A stretch of DNA of 64,000 nt. It comes from an uncultured Candidatus Melainabacteria bacterium. Lineage in GTDB: Bacteria > Cyanobacteriota > Vampirovibrionia > Gastranaerophilales > Gastranaerophilaceae. Location of the stretch: assembly GCA_950096985.1 (NCBI GenBank), contig CATNBA010000004.1:5618-69617 (forward strand), in the 5' to 3' direction. The translations under genes were made by a program, and so were the position numbers. Under the pieces are notes generated by a model. It saw nothing but the letters and a program-made list of their open reading frames with translations, made no database searches and was not told where the DNA came from. How positions within the stretch are numbered: the stretch's first letter is position 1; every line of letters starts with the position of its first letter. Positions 29,152 through 38,612 of the stretch are shown one piece after another.

Positions 29152-30470
29152 TAGAGTAAGCCCTCCGTAATTTTAGGTTCGACAGGAGAAGAAATACTTT
29201 CTTCATTTTTTCTCTCTATCTTCGCTCCTAATAATCTTAACTTACTTTCGAAATTTTCGTATCCTCTATCTATATGATGTAGTTTTTCGATAGTGGAATT
29301 TCCATCAGCCATTAATGCCGCAACAACCAAAGATGCCCCTGCTCTCAAATCGCTTGCACAAAGAGTTGCACCTGTAAGTTTTTTAACTCCTTTGATAATT
29401 GCGTGATTTCTGTCTTGATGAATATCAGCTCCCATTCTGCGAAGTTCCGGAACTTGCATAAATCTGTTTTCATATAAGCTTTCGGTAATAATTCCCACTC
29501 CGTTTGCTGTAGTCAAAAGTGTCATCGCCATAGACTGCAAATCTGTCGGGAAACCGGGATACGGCTGCGTTACGAAATTTATTGAATTGAGTTTGTTTCT
29601 GCAAGAAACTTCTAATGAATTTGGCTCAATAAGTTTTATATTAGCCCCCATTTTTAGAAGTTTATCTGTAAAAAATGTCAGGTGTGCAGGATATACGTCT
29701 TTGATAATTGCTTTTCCTTTTGTTGCGATAATTGCAGACATAAAAGTTCCTGCCTCAATTCTGTCCGGAATAGTAGTATATTCTATCGCATGCAAATCAT
29801 CTTGTTTAACACCGTTTATAACGATTTCAGAAGTTCCTGCTCCGTTAACATCAGCTCCCATTGTGTTTAAAAAGTTAGCAAGGTCAACGATTTCAGGCTC
29901 TTGTGCGGCATTTTGAATTCTTGTAGAACCTTCTGCCAATATTGATGCAAGCATCAAGTTTTCTGTAGCACCAACTGACGGGATATCAAGATAGATGTCT
30001 GCCCCTGTAAGCTTTGATGCTTTTGCGTGAACATATCCGTTCTCTATTTTTATTTTAGCACCAAGTGCCTCTAAACCTTTAATGTGAAAATCAACTCGTC
30101 TTTCACCGATGGCACATCCACCTGGCAGTGCTACAATAGCCTCTTTGCATCTGGAAACAAGAGCTCCGAGAACTATAAAAGATGCTCTCATTTTGCTTAC
30201 GAGTTCGTATTTTGCAGTAACACTTATCAAATCTGATGCATCAATCGTGACTGATTTTTCTGTTTTATCATAAGATGTCTTAGCACCCAATTGAGCAATA
30301 ACGCTAAGCATAATTTCAACGTCTGTCAAATCGGGGACATTATAAATCTTTGTTTCGCCTTTTGCTAATAATGCGGCAGCCATTAGTTTTAAAACCGAAT
30401 TTTTTGCACCGCCTATAGAAACTTCACCTCTTAAAGGCGTACCGCCTTTTATATAATATTTATCTGTCAA
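29151..30470 (-). CDS. murA: UDP-N-acetylglucosamine 1-carboxyvinyltransferase
   Basis: GGAKNS, MRAS, LPGGCAIGERRVDFH, SVGATEN, PGFPTDLQ, DLRAGA, HIDRGYE. Confidence 0.97.
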   Translation of the reverse strand: MTDKYYIKGGTPLRGEVSIGGAKNSVLKLMAAALLAKGETKIYNVPDLTDVEIMLSVIAQLGAKTSYDKTEKSVTIDASDLISVTAKYELVSKMRASFIVLGALVSRCKEAIVALPGGCAIGERRVDFHIKGLEALGAKIKIENGYVHAKASKLTGADIYLDIPSVGATENLMLASILAEGSTRIQNAAQEPEIVDLANFLNTMGADVNGAGTSEIVINGVKQDDLHAIEYTTIPDRIEAGTFMSAIIATKGKAIIKDVYPAHLTFFTDKLLKMGANIKLIEPNSLEVSCRNKLNSINFVTQPYPGFPTDLQSMAMTLLTTANGVGIITESLYENRFMQVPELRRMGADIHQDRNHAIIKGVKKLTGATLCASDLRAGASLVVAALMADGNSTIEKLHHIDRGYENFESKLRLLGAKIERKNEESISSPVEPKITEGLL

Positions 30471-30584
30471 TTTATTTACCTGTAAAAATATCTAACTAAC
30501 TATAATAATAATACAACTATACTCAGTTGGTGTAAATAAGTTAAATTATGTAAAGAAAAAGTTTTTGATTAAATATTAAAAATA

Positions 30585-30613
30585 TTGCAACTAATTTCAT
30601 TTTGTGTTATTAT
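30585..30613 (+). promoter_or_regulatory. Sigma70-type promoter of the small peptide transcript
   Basis: TTGCAA (30585-30590), 17 nt, TATTAT (30608-30613); predicted start near GGGTAAGC at 30620. Confidence 0.55.
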
Positions 30614-30701
30614 AATTGTGGGTAAGCCCTATTATCATATCCATATCTTAGCGGTACGAACTTGAAATTTGTTAAACGGTAAGAGAAAGGAGGTGATAGA
30701 G

Positions 30702-30773
30702 ATGATTATCGCAGCAAGCGAAAAAGCACTAATTATAATTTTAATAATCATAATAGTGCTTAGTTTCATCTAA
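30702..30773 (+). CDS. Candidate type I toxin: 23 aa hydrophobic peptide MIIAASEKALIIILIIIIVLSFI
   Basis: AGAAAGGAGGTGAT SD, ATG 30702, TAA 30771; paralogous architecture at 59046-59120. Confidence 0.7.
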   Translation: MIIAASEKALIIILIIIIVLSFI

Positions 30774-30813
30774 TTCGGGCTTTTAAAGTGCGGACGGCAA
30801 TCCGCACGCCCAT
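30721..30813 (-). ncRNA. Candidate cis-antisense antitoxin sRNA (about 90 nt)
   Basis: Downstream of the TTGACA-N17-AATAAT promoter; ends in stem AAGCACTA/TAGTGCTT plus T-run; also contains the GTGCGGA/TCCGCAC hairpin. Confidence 0.6.
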
Positions 30814-30819
30814 ATTTAT

Positions 30820-30848
30820 ATTATTTCTGATTTTGCATATTTTGTCAA
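30820..30848 (-). promoter_or_regulatory. Antisense promoter TTGACA-N17-AATAAT
   Basis: Plus-strand TGTCAA 30843-30848 and ATTATT 30820-30825; identical hexamers and spacing at 58959-58987. Confidence 0.65.
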
Positions 30849-30860
30849 GGGGGTGAGGCA

Positions 30861-31091
30861 TCAAAGATTGTCGAAATTACACAATTCTTGAACTGACATG
30901 TCAAAAGCTTTTGCAATGGCTTCCATTGTGTCGAATGATGGTGACTGTTCACCACGCTCAATAGACCCAACTGTTGGACGGCTTATGTCTGCCTTTTCAG
31001 CAAGCTGTTCTTGAGTAAGTTCTCTTTTAACTCTTTCAAGCTTTATTTTTAAGCCTATTTTATTTCGCTTTTTGTCTGATTTATTTATCAT
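30861..31091 (-). CDS. XRE-family HTH transcriptional regulator
   Basis: IKLERVKRELTQEQLAEKADISRPTVGSIERGEQSPS. Confidence 0.9.
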   Translation of the reverse strand: MINKSDKKRNKIGLKIKLERVKRELTQEQLAEKADISRPTVGSIERGEQSPSFDTMEAIAKAFDMSVQELCNFDNL

Positions 31092-31202
31092 AATGTATAT
31101 AATTGTATTCTATTGACAAAATTCAATCTACATGGTAAATTTATCATTAAGATAAATTTAGTATACAATTGTAAAATTAAGGATAGCGGAAAAAATTATT
31201 AA

Positions 31203-31442
31203 TTATTTTCTTTTTGCGACGAGTTCCATTCCGATAACTTCCATTATCTCAAGAACTTCCGCATATCTTATCTTGCCTGTTTTTATCCTGTGGGTAAATG
31301 CTGAAACGCTTTTGCTGCGACCATATTTTTCATGCAACGTAAGTGCCACATCTTTCATAGTTTTACCAGAAAGCACGATGTAACTTTTAATTTCATTTGC
31401 TATTTTTTCTCTTAAATACTCAGGTACTGTAAATTCACCCAT
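31203..31442 (-). CDS. Small Cro/C1-like HTH protein
   Basis: IKSYIVLSGKTMKDVA...SVSAFTHRI...IRYAEVLEI; similar to 59198-59389. Confidence 0.7.
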   Translation of the reverse strand: MGEFTVPEYLREKIANEIKSYIVLSGKTMKDVALTLHEKYGRSKSVSAFTHRIKTGKIRYAEVLEIMEVIGMELVAKRK

Positions 31443-31615
31443 ATTGTCCTCTATATATAAATATTAGAAGTTTTATTTATAGATGTAAATTAAAAAACTT
31501 GATTATTTGGATTATTTATACTAAAATTGTTTCACTGCAATCTAGATTGTTAAGATACAATTGATTATTAATATTTTTCGTTATCCTTTGCTTTACAAAA
31601 GTACAAGGGATAGCT

Positions 31616-32014
31616 ATGACTGATTTAACAAAATGTGTAGATTTATATGATAAAATTCTTGAGGTTGAAGAAAAACGCGATAAAAAATTATATTCTAAAA
31701 ATGTTCTTGTTTACAATTCCCCATTTGTCGACGAACATGAACAGTTCCAAAACTACAGTATGCACGCAATTTATATGGTTGAGAATTCCCGTTCAATAGA
31801 AGAAGGTGTTATTGGTAATGTTATTTCTCCCTGCGAACCTTATTATCTGGTGGAAAATGATATTTTATTAGAGTTTTCTGACAATAAAGTTGATATTTTC
31901 AGAGCTGAAATGCAAGATGGTATTCTTAAATTAGTTCAAAAAGTTAAAAAGGGTGAAGATAACGTATTTTTGGTCTCGTATCTGGCAGCCAAACTCAATA
32001 TTAGAAATTATTAA
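31616..32014 (+). CDS. Hypothetical protein
   Basis: 132 aa ORF with AAGGGA RBS, upstream of grpE. Confidence 0.7.
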   Translation: MTDLTKCVDLYDKILEVEEKRDKKLYSKNVLVYNSPFVDEHEQFQNYSMHAIYMVENSRSIEEGVIGNVISPCEPYYLVENDILLEFSDNKVDIFRAEMQDGILKLVQKVKKGEDNVFLVSYLAAKLNIRNY

Positions 32015-32081
32015 AAAATAATAAATTTTTCTTGTTTATACAGCTTGATAACTTATAATATATTTAAAAGAGGGAAAGAGT

Positions 32082-32657
32082 ATGTCACATAAACACGATA
32101 AAAATAATAATAATCCGTTCAAAAACGATGAGTTAGAAGAACAAATCAATAATGAAAATTCTGTTGAAGAAACCGCAGAAGTAATTAAAGAAGAAGCAAA
32201 AAAAGAGGATGATGAACTTCAAAAAAAATTTGATGCTTTAAATCAGCAGTACCTTAGACTTGCGGCTGATTTTGATAATTACCGCAAGCGTCAGGAGCAT
32301 GAGCGCGAAGAACTTTTAAAATTCGGTACAGAAAATGCGCTTAAAAAAATGATTGAAGTTCTTGATAACTTTGAGCGCGGTAAAAAAGCGCTTGAAAGTG
32401 TTGAGGATTGTGTAAAAGTTAAGGAAAGCTTTGATTTAGTGCATAAGCAAACTATCGAGGCTTTGAAAAAACTTGGACTTGAAGAAATTGATGCGGAAGG
32501 CAAAGAGTTTGACCCGAATTTTCATGATGCTGTAATGCAAACTCCGACTTCAGAACATGCGGAACATACTGTTATTAATGAATTGCAAAAAGGTTATAAG
32601 ATGGGGGATAAGGTTTTAAGACCATCTCTTGTTAATGTTGCTGCGGCACAAGAATAA
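32082..32657 (+). CDS. grpE: Nucleotide exchange factor GrpE
   Basis: YLRLAADFDNYRKR, FDPNFHDAVM, ELQKGY..GDKVLRPSLVNV. Confidence 0.96.
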   Translation: MSHKHDKNNNNPFKNDELEEQINNENSVEETAEVIKEEAKKEDDELQKKFDALNQQYLRLAADFDNYRKRQEHEREELLKFGTENALKKMIEVLDNFERGKKALESVEDCVKVKESFDLVHKQTIEALKKLGLEEIDAEGKEFDPNFHDAVMQTPTSEHAEHTVINELQKGYKMGDKVLRPSLVNVAAAQE

Positions 32658-32715
32658 CTTTGCCCATTTGAGGATTTACATGGTAAAATAAAGTTATCAG
32701 AATAGGGAAGAATTA

Positions 32716-33846
32716 ATGACAGATTATTATGAAATATTGGGCGTATCAAAAGACGCTTCAAAAGATGAGATAAAATCGGCTTTTAGAAGAAAAGCCCGTA
32801 CATTGCACCCCGATGTTAATAAAGAACCGGATGCAGAAGAAAAATTTAAAGAGCTTGGCAAAGCGTATGAAACTTTGTCTGATGACAGCAAGCGCGCTAC
32901 TTATGACAGATACGGCGAAGACGGACTTAAAAACGCAGGGTTTGACACAGGCGGACCGTTTGCAGGCGGTTTTGGCGATTTGAATGATATTTTTAATTCA
33001 TTCTTCGGCGGTATGGGAGGTTTCGGTTTTGGCGGCGGACGTCCTGACCCTAACGCACCTATTGAGGGGGACGATTTAAGACTTGATATTGAAATTGATT
33101 TTGAGCAGGCAGTTTTTGGCTGTGAAAAAGAGATTAAATTTGACCACCTTGAACTTTGTCCGTCTTGTAACGGAACAGGTGCCGAAAAAGGTTCACAACC
33201 TGTAACTTGTCCTACTTGTCACGGTGCAGGTCATGTTCAGCAGGTTATGAGAACTCCTCTGGGCGCAATTTCACAGCTTGTAACCTGTCCTGATTGTCAT
33301 GGAGCAGGTAAAAAAATTACAAACCCATGTAAAGCTTGCGGCGGAAATGGCAAAGTTGAAAAGGAAAAGAAAATTAAGATAAAAATTCCTGCCGGTGTTG
33401 ACAACATGTCAAAAATTAGAGTTTCGCGCGAAGGTGATGCAGGTACAAACGGCGGACCTGCGGGTGATTTGTACGTTGTTTTGTATGTAAAACAATCTGA
33501 TTACTTTAAACGAGAAGGTAATGATGTATATACAAGACTGGATTTCACTCCTGCACAGGCAGTTCTTGGCGACAAAGTCGTTATTAAAACTCTTGACGGC
33601 GAAAAAGAAATTACTGTTCAAGCCGGTGTTCAAAGCGGCAATTCAATAAAAATTAAAGGTGCAGGCGTTCCTTATGTTGCAAGACCGTCACAAAGAGGCG
33701 ACCATATTGTAATTGTATCAGTTAAAACACCGACAAAACTTTCTGATGAAGAAAAAAATCTGTATAAAAGATTATATGAAATTCAACACGGTCTGAAACC
33801 TCATAATTCATCAGTAATGGAAAAGGTAAAGGGAGTATTTCACTAA
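32716..33846 (+). CDS. dnaJ: Chaperone DnaJ
   Basis: J-domain with HPD, G/F-rich region, four CxxCxGxG repeats. Confidence 0.97.
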   Translation: MTDYYEILGVSKDASKDEIKSAFRRKARTLHPDVNKEPDAEEKFKELGKAYETLSDDSKRATYDRYGEDGLKNAGFDTGGPFAGGFGDLNDIFNSFFGGMGGFGFGGGRPDPNAPIEGDDLRLDIEIDFEQAVFGCEKEIKFDHLELCPSCNGTGAEKGSQPVTCPTCHGAGHVQQVMRTPLGAISQLVTCPDCHGAGKKITNPCKACGGNGKVEKEKKIKIKIPAGVDNMSKIRVSREGDAGTNGGPAGDLYVVLYVKQSDYFKREGNDVYTRLDFTPAQAVLGDKVVIKTLDGEKEITVQAGVQSGNSIKIKGAGVPYVARPSQRGDHIVIVSVKTPTKLSDEEKNLYKRLYEIQHGLKPHNSSVMEKVKGVFH

Positions 33847-35288
33847 TGCGTAAGCTTTTAATTTGTTTGGGAATAATTTTAATGACATCAACCGCAAATT
33901 TTGCGGCAACAATTCCTGATGATATTCAACAGTTAGTTAACAAGGATTTCCCAAATACAAATTTTCGTTTTGACGGTCTGGTAATTCTGCCGGATAATAC
34001 TGTTTATCTACCGCTTTTTCCGTCTAAAACCATAACTCCTGAAGTTTTGTCAATAAAAGAAACTGTCCCCGCATCAAAATCTCTTGCATCAAAACCGAAT
34101 ATTATAATTTTTAATAATGATTTTGTGCTTTTGAAAGTTATGACAGATACTAAAGGGAACAGAACTGTTTACAAAATGGCAAACCCGCCGTTAGAAGTAA
34201 GAACAGGCTTACTTCCTCAAGATTTGCTTGTACCTGGCGGATTGGTTATTCCTGAAAACCTTAAATCAATTATTGGTAACCTACAGATTTCAACTGTTAA
34301 CGACCCCGGTATTAGAATTGAGAGAACTAAACCGATTGTTACACAATTAAACGGCTCTACTTTAAAAACTCTGGCACAAATTCCGGCATTGAGAAATAAA
34401 AATTTTTACGTGTCTTCGCCTTATTCAAAAAATATTCAAGTGTTGAATATGGGTGCAAAAACTCCGGAATATTCATTAAAGCAAAATAATGTACCTATCT
34501 CTATGAAAGCTTATAACAATGAATTTCTTCTTGTAACTTCATATGAAAAGCCTTCTGTAGATGTAATTTCACTTGCTGATGACAGAATTATTAAACAAAT
34601 TTATACAAAAACACAACCTGATGAAATCTTAATTGACAAAAATAAAAATATTGCTTATATTTCGAGTTCTTTGGATTCTTCAATTTATATGCTGAATTTG
34701 GAAACAATGACACTTACAAAACAAATTAAGATTACAGGTATGTGTGAAAAATTAACCTTGTCTGATGACGGTTCTAAATTATTCTATTATGACAAAAAAA
34801 CTCGTGACATCTGGGCAATTGAACTTGACAATAATTATTTGCTTAAAGAAATCGGAAGATTTCCTAACGTTTCTAAAATTGTATATACAAATAATAAAAT
34901 TTATATAACAAGCAGAACAAAAAATCGTCTTGCAATAATTGATTATGATACAATCGGACTTATGTCTGAAACCGAAATATGCGATAAACCTGTTGATATG
35001 ATTGCATACAAAGACAGGGTTTATATTCTTGGTGCGGGAGATAATTCAATACAGGTTATCGATGCAAAAACAGATGAATTGACAAATTCTATTTATCTTG
35101 GCACAGATGGTTTTTCAACAAGGATTTCGCATATTGATGATACTAATATTGCTCTTATAACAGATACAAAAGCATCTCTATACACAGTATTTGATTTGGA
35201 TACAAATCAGGTTGTAAAAACAGTGCCTATTGATATTCCCGCAAATTCGATTGTAGTGACTGAGAAGGTAAAAAAGATAAATAAATGA
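33846..35288 (+). CDS. Exported YncE-like beta-propeller protein
   Basis: Signal peptide; repeated SVDVIS/SIQVID-type blades (YILGAGDNSIQVIDAKT). Confidence 0.65.
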   Translation: MRKLLICLGIILMTSTANFAATIPDDIQQLVNKDFPNTNFRFDGLVILPDNTVYLPLFPSKTITPEVLSIKETVPASKSLASKPNIIIFNNDFVLLKVMTDTKGNRTVYKMANPPLEVRTGLLPQDLLVPGGLVIPENLKSIIGNLQISTVNDPGIRIERTKPIVTQLNGSTLKTLAQIPALRNKNFYVSSPYSKNIQVLNMGAKTPEYSLKQNNVPISMKAYNNEFLLVTSYEKPSVDVISLADDRIIKQIYTKTQPDEILIDKNKNIAYISSSLDSSIYMLNLETMTLTKQIKITGMCEKLTLSDDGSKLFYYDKKTRDIWAIELDNNYLLKEIGRFPNVSKIVYTNNKIYITSRTKNRLAIIDYDTIGLMSETEICDKPVDMIAYKDRVYILGAGDNSIQVIDAKTDELTNSIYLGTDGFSTRISHIDDTNIALITDTKASLYTVFDLDTNQVVKTVPIDIPANSIVVTEKVKKINK

Positions 35289-35848
35289 GATATTTTGATG
35301 ATAGAACAGAAAATGTTTTAACAGAACTTGAAAAAACACAGAAACAGTTCTGGAATATTTCGCGGGTTACGGCGGAATTTTTGTATACATTAATCCGTGA
35401 CAAAAAAGCTAAAAATGTTTTGGAAATCGGAACTTCAAACGGATATTCGGGGATTTGGCTAGGTAAAGCGGTAAAAGAAAATAACGGACATCTTACAACA
35501 ATAGAGTTTTATGATAAACGACTTGATGTTGCTAAAGAAAATTTTAAAACTTGCGGGGTAGATGATGTAATTACGACACTGCAGGGGTCTGCGTTGATGC
35601 ATCTTGAATATCTGCCTGATGATTTTAAAATTGATTTTGCATTTGTAGATGCTAACAAATCAGAATACATAAAATATTTTGAGTTTATAGATAAACATCT
35701 TGTAAAAGGCGGAATTATTGCATGCGATAACGTTTTATCGCATGAGGAAAAATGTAAACCTTTTATTGATGCTATTAATGCACATCCGAATTATGAAAAT
35801 GTAGTTTTACCCTTGCCTGCGGGATTATCATTAGGACGTAAATTATGA
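35285..35848 (+). CDS. SAM-dependent O-methyltransferase
   Basis: VLEIGTSNGYSG, DFAFVDANKSEY, GGIIACDN. Confidence 0.88.
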   Translation: MRYFDDRTENVLTELEKTQKQFWNISRVTAEFLYTLIRDKKAKNVLEIGTSNGYSGIWLGKAVKENNGHLTTIEFYDKRLDVAKENFKTCGVDDVITTLQGSALMHLEYLPDDFKIDFAFVDANKSEYIKYFEFIDKHLVKGGIIACDNVLSHEEKCKPFIDAINAHPNYENVVLPLPAGLSLGRKL

Positions 35849-36318
35849 AAATTCTTGGAATAGATCCGGGTATGGCAATAGTTGGATACTCTATCATTGA
35901 ATATGACGGAAAAACTCCTGTACTTCTGCATTCAGGCTCAATTCAAACTTCTAAAGACAAAAAAGAACCTGCAAGACTGCTTGAAATCTGGCAAGATATG
36001 AATGTTATTGTTGAGAAGTACAAGCCGGATTGCTGCGCGATTGAAAAATTATTTTTCTTTCGAAATCAAACAACAGTTATGCCTGTTGCACATGCGCGTG
36101 GTGTAATTCTGACTGTGCTTGAAAAATTTGGTGTGCCTGTTTTTGAATACACACCTATGGAAGTAAAACAGGTTCTTACAGGTTATGGACGCGCTGATAA
36201 AAAAGAAGTTGAGCAGATGGTTAAAATTTCTTTAGGCGTCGAAAATTTGCCCAAACTTGATGATACGGTAGATTCAATTGCAATTGCAATTTGTCATACG
36301 CGTTCTGTTATGTTATGA
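35845..36318 (+). CDS. ruvC: Crossover junction endodeoxyribonuclease RuvC
   Basis: ILGIDPG, AIEKLFF, HARGV, TGYGRADK, DDTVDSIAIAICH. Confidence 0.95.
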   Translation: MKILGIDPGMAIVGYSIIEYDGKTPVLLHSGSIQTSKDKKEPARLLEIWQDMNVIVEKYKPDCCAIEKLFFFRNQTTVMPVAHARGVILTVLEKFGVPVFEYTPMEVKQVLTGYGRADKKEVEQMVKISLGVENLPKLDDTVDSIAIAICHTRSVML

Positions 36319-36776
36319 TAAATTTTATGAATATTGATTTTATTTTATTGAAACGAATATCGATTTTAAGTGCCTTTTTTGGTATCTTGCTAGGGTTTGT
36401 AACTTTAATTCCATTTATCGGGACTTTTTCACTGGTGTTTTTGTTCTGTTTTATAGCACCTCTGGTAATTTGGATTTTGATTAAATATAACTGTATTTCT
36501 TTATCATCTATTAAGGAAAGTGTTATTGTAGGGGCAATTGCAGGATTTGTTTCGTATATGGGATTTTCAATTATTTATATTCCTGTTTCCGTAATTTTGA
36601 TGAAATTTTTTAATCTAAGCGCAAATTACGGTATTGGATTAACTCTAATGAACGCAAACTTGTTTATTCTCATTGTGCTGTCGCTTTTTATGAGTGTTCT
36701 TGGTGCAACGGTTAATGCGTTTACGGGATTTTTAACTTTTTATGTATTGGAACTAATTAATTCAGTGAGGAAATAA
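36315..36776 (+). CDS. Hypothetical integral membrane protein (about 4 TM)
   Basis: Hydrophobic segments; ATGA overlap with ruvC and TAATG with mtnA. Confidence 0.75.
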   Translation: MINFMNIDFILLKRISILSAFFGILLGFVTLIPFIGTFSLVFLFCFIAPLVIWILIKYNCISLSSIKESVIVGAIAGFVSYMGFSIIYIPVSVILMKFFNLSANYGIGLTLMNANLFILIVLSLFMSVLGATVNAFTGFLTFYVLELINSVRK

Positions 36777-37834
36777 TGGCAGAATTTAAATCAAAAATAA
36801 AAACAATCGAATGGGTAGATAATTATTCAAAAATGGTAGATCAAACTATTTTGCCAGAACATTTTGAGTATGTGAATATCAAAACAGGTCAAGAAATGTT
36901 TGATGCAATCAAAACTATGATTGTGAGAGGTGCTCCGGCAATCGGTGTTGCAGGCGCGCATGGAGTTGTGTTATATGCACAGGAACTTGCAAAAGACAAT
37001 TTAAGCCGCGATGAATTTGTTAAACAGCTCCTTGAAAAAGCTGATTATATGGCAACATCCCGTCCAACAGCCGTAAATCTTATGTGGGCAGTTAAAAAAC
37101 AAAAAGAAGTTATTGAAAATTCAACATCCGATATTGCCGGTATTGTTGAAGAATTAAAACAAAATGGTATAAAACTTGAAAACGAAGATATTGAAATAAA
37201 CAAAAAAATCGGTGATTACGGAGCTGAAGTTGTACCTAAAGGTGCAACAATTTTAACTCACTGTAATGCTGGAGCTCTTGCAACTGTAGGTTATGGAACA
37301 GCATTGGGTGTTGTGCGTTCTGCTTTTGCAAAAGATCCGACTGTTAAGGTTTTTGCAGATGAAACACGTCCTCGACAACAGGGTGCAAGAATTACAACTT
37401 TGGAACTTACAATGGATGGAATACCTACAACACTTATTACTGATGGAATGTGTTCATATTTTATGAAAAAAGGTATGATTGATATGGTTGTTGTAGGTGC
37501 TGACAGAATTGCCGCTAATGGTGATGCTGCAAATAAAATTGGTACTTACACCGTTGCAATTGCCGCAAAATATCACAATGTACCTTTTTATGTTGCTGCG
37601 CCTTTATCTACAATTGATACAAGTATTAAAACAGGTGATGAAATTGTGATAGAAGAACGTTCTAGAGAAGAAGTTACTCATATTAACGGCAAAATTATCT
37701 GTGCACCTGAGGTTAATATTATTAATCCAGGATTTGATGTTACACCACATGAACTTATTGCAGGTATTATTACAGAAAAAGGTATTTTAAGACCTGATTA
37801 CGTGAAATCAATTGCACAAGCGTTTGCTAAATAA
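36776..37834 (+). CDS. mtnA: S-methyl-5-thioribose-1-phosphate isomerase
   Basis: MIVRGAPAIG, SRPTAVNL, LTHCNAGALAT, ETRP, VGADRIAANGDAANKIGTY, NPGFDVTP. Confidence 0.96.
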   Translation: MAEFKSKIKTIEWVDNYSKMVDQTILPEHFEYVNIKTGQEMFDAIKTMIVRGAPAIGVAGAHGVVLYAQELAKDNLSRDEFVKQLLEKADYMATSRPTAVNLMWAVKKQKEVIENSTSDIAGIVEELKQNGIKLENEDIEINKKIGDYGAEVVPKGATILTHCNAGALATVGYGTALGVVRSAFAKDPTVKVFADETRPRQQGARITTLELTMDGIPTTLITDGMCSYFMKKGMIDMVVVGADRIAANGDAANKIGTYTVAIAAKYHNVPFYVAAPLSTIDTSIKTGDEIVIEERSREEVTHINGKIICAPEVNIINPGFDVTPHELIAGIITEKGILRPDYVKSIAQAFAK

Positions 37835-38567
37835 ACATTTTTGAACGAATATTTTTAACTTCGGCGATTGTCTTTGGATAGTCGCCGTTTGTTAATTCTC
37901 CGATTGATTTGTAAAGTTTTAAAATTGCCTGTTCGATATTTTGTGAATTCATCGAAACCATATCGCAAGCCATTTCCTCATTAGAAAGGGCAAGTCTTGT
38001 CATATCACGAAATCCGCTTGATGCGATTTCGAGTGCCAGCGGATTATCTTTTGCACAAAGCATCAACGCTTGCGAGATTACCATCGGCATGTGAGAAATC
38101 ATCGCAACAGCTTCGTCGTGTTTTTCTGCTGTTGTAAAAACGGGTTTTGCTCCGACAAAATTGATTATTTCTGTCAAAAGCGGATTTTCTTCACCCGTAA
38201 TAACCCATTTTGCACCTTTAAACAATCCCTCAAAAGAGTTTTCAAATCCTTTATGTTCTGTTCCTGCCATCGGATGCGAGGGAATAAATTTATATGGTCT
38301 TTTGCCTGTGACAAATTTTTTCAGACTGCAGACATCTGTAACGACTGTTTCGGGTGAAAGTATGTTTTCCAGTTCATCAAGTACGGCAAGAGTTTTATTC
38401 ATAGGAGTGCAGACAAAAACCAAATCTCTGTCTTTTAAAACATCATAGGTTTTATAAATATTTTCACCGTTTTGCGACTTTGAAACCGCAATGACATCAT
38501 ATTTTTTTCTTAAATCTTTGAATAGCGAACCGCCAATTAAACCTAACCCTATAATCCCTATTTTCAT
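37827..38567 (-). CDS. tyrA: Prephenate/arogenate dehydrogenase
   Basis: IGIIGLGLIGGS, DVCSLK, HPMAGTE, HDEAVAMISHMP, GFRDMTRLA. Confidence 0.9.
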   Translation of the reverse strand: MKIGIIGLGLIGGSLFKDLRKKYDVIAVSKSQNGENIYKTYDVLKDRDLVFVCTPMNKTLAVLDELENILSPETVVTDVCSLKKFVTGKRPYKFIPSHPMAGTEHKGFENSFEGLFKGAKWVITGEENPLLTEIINFVGAKPVFTTAEKHDEAVAMISHMPMVISQALMLCAKDNPLALEIASSGFRDMTRLALSNEEMACDMVSMNSQNIEQAILKLYKSIGELTNGDYPKTIAEVKNIRSKMFI

Positions 38568-38612
38568 AAAAATTCCTTTAAATAAGGGGGTGAAAAGCAC
38601 CCCCCTAAATTA

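Noticed and set aside
30620-30627. GGGTAAG as a SigF-type -10 box at both TA-like loci
   Set aside because: In module 1 a sigma70 promoter places it at the transcript start, and in both loci it covaries with a post-stop partner, favouring an RNA-structure role; not fully excluded
32015-32715. CIRCE/HrcA operator before grpE or dnaJ
   Set aside because: No TTAGCACTC-N9-GAGTGCTAA match found
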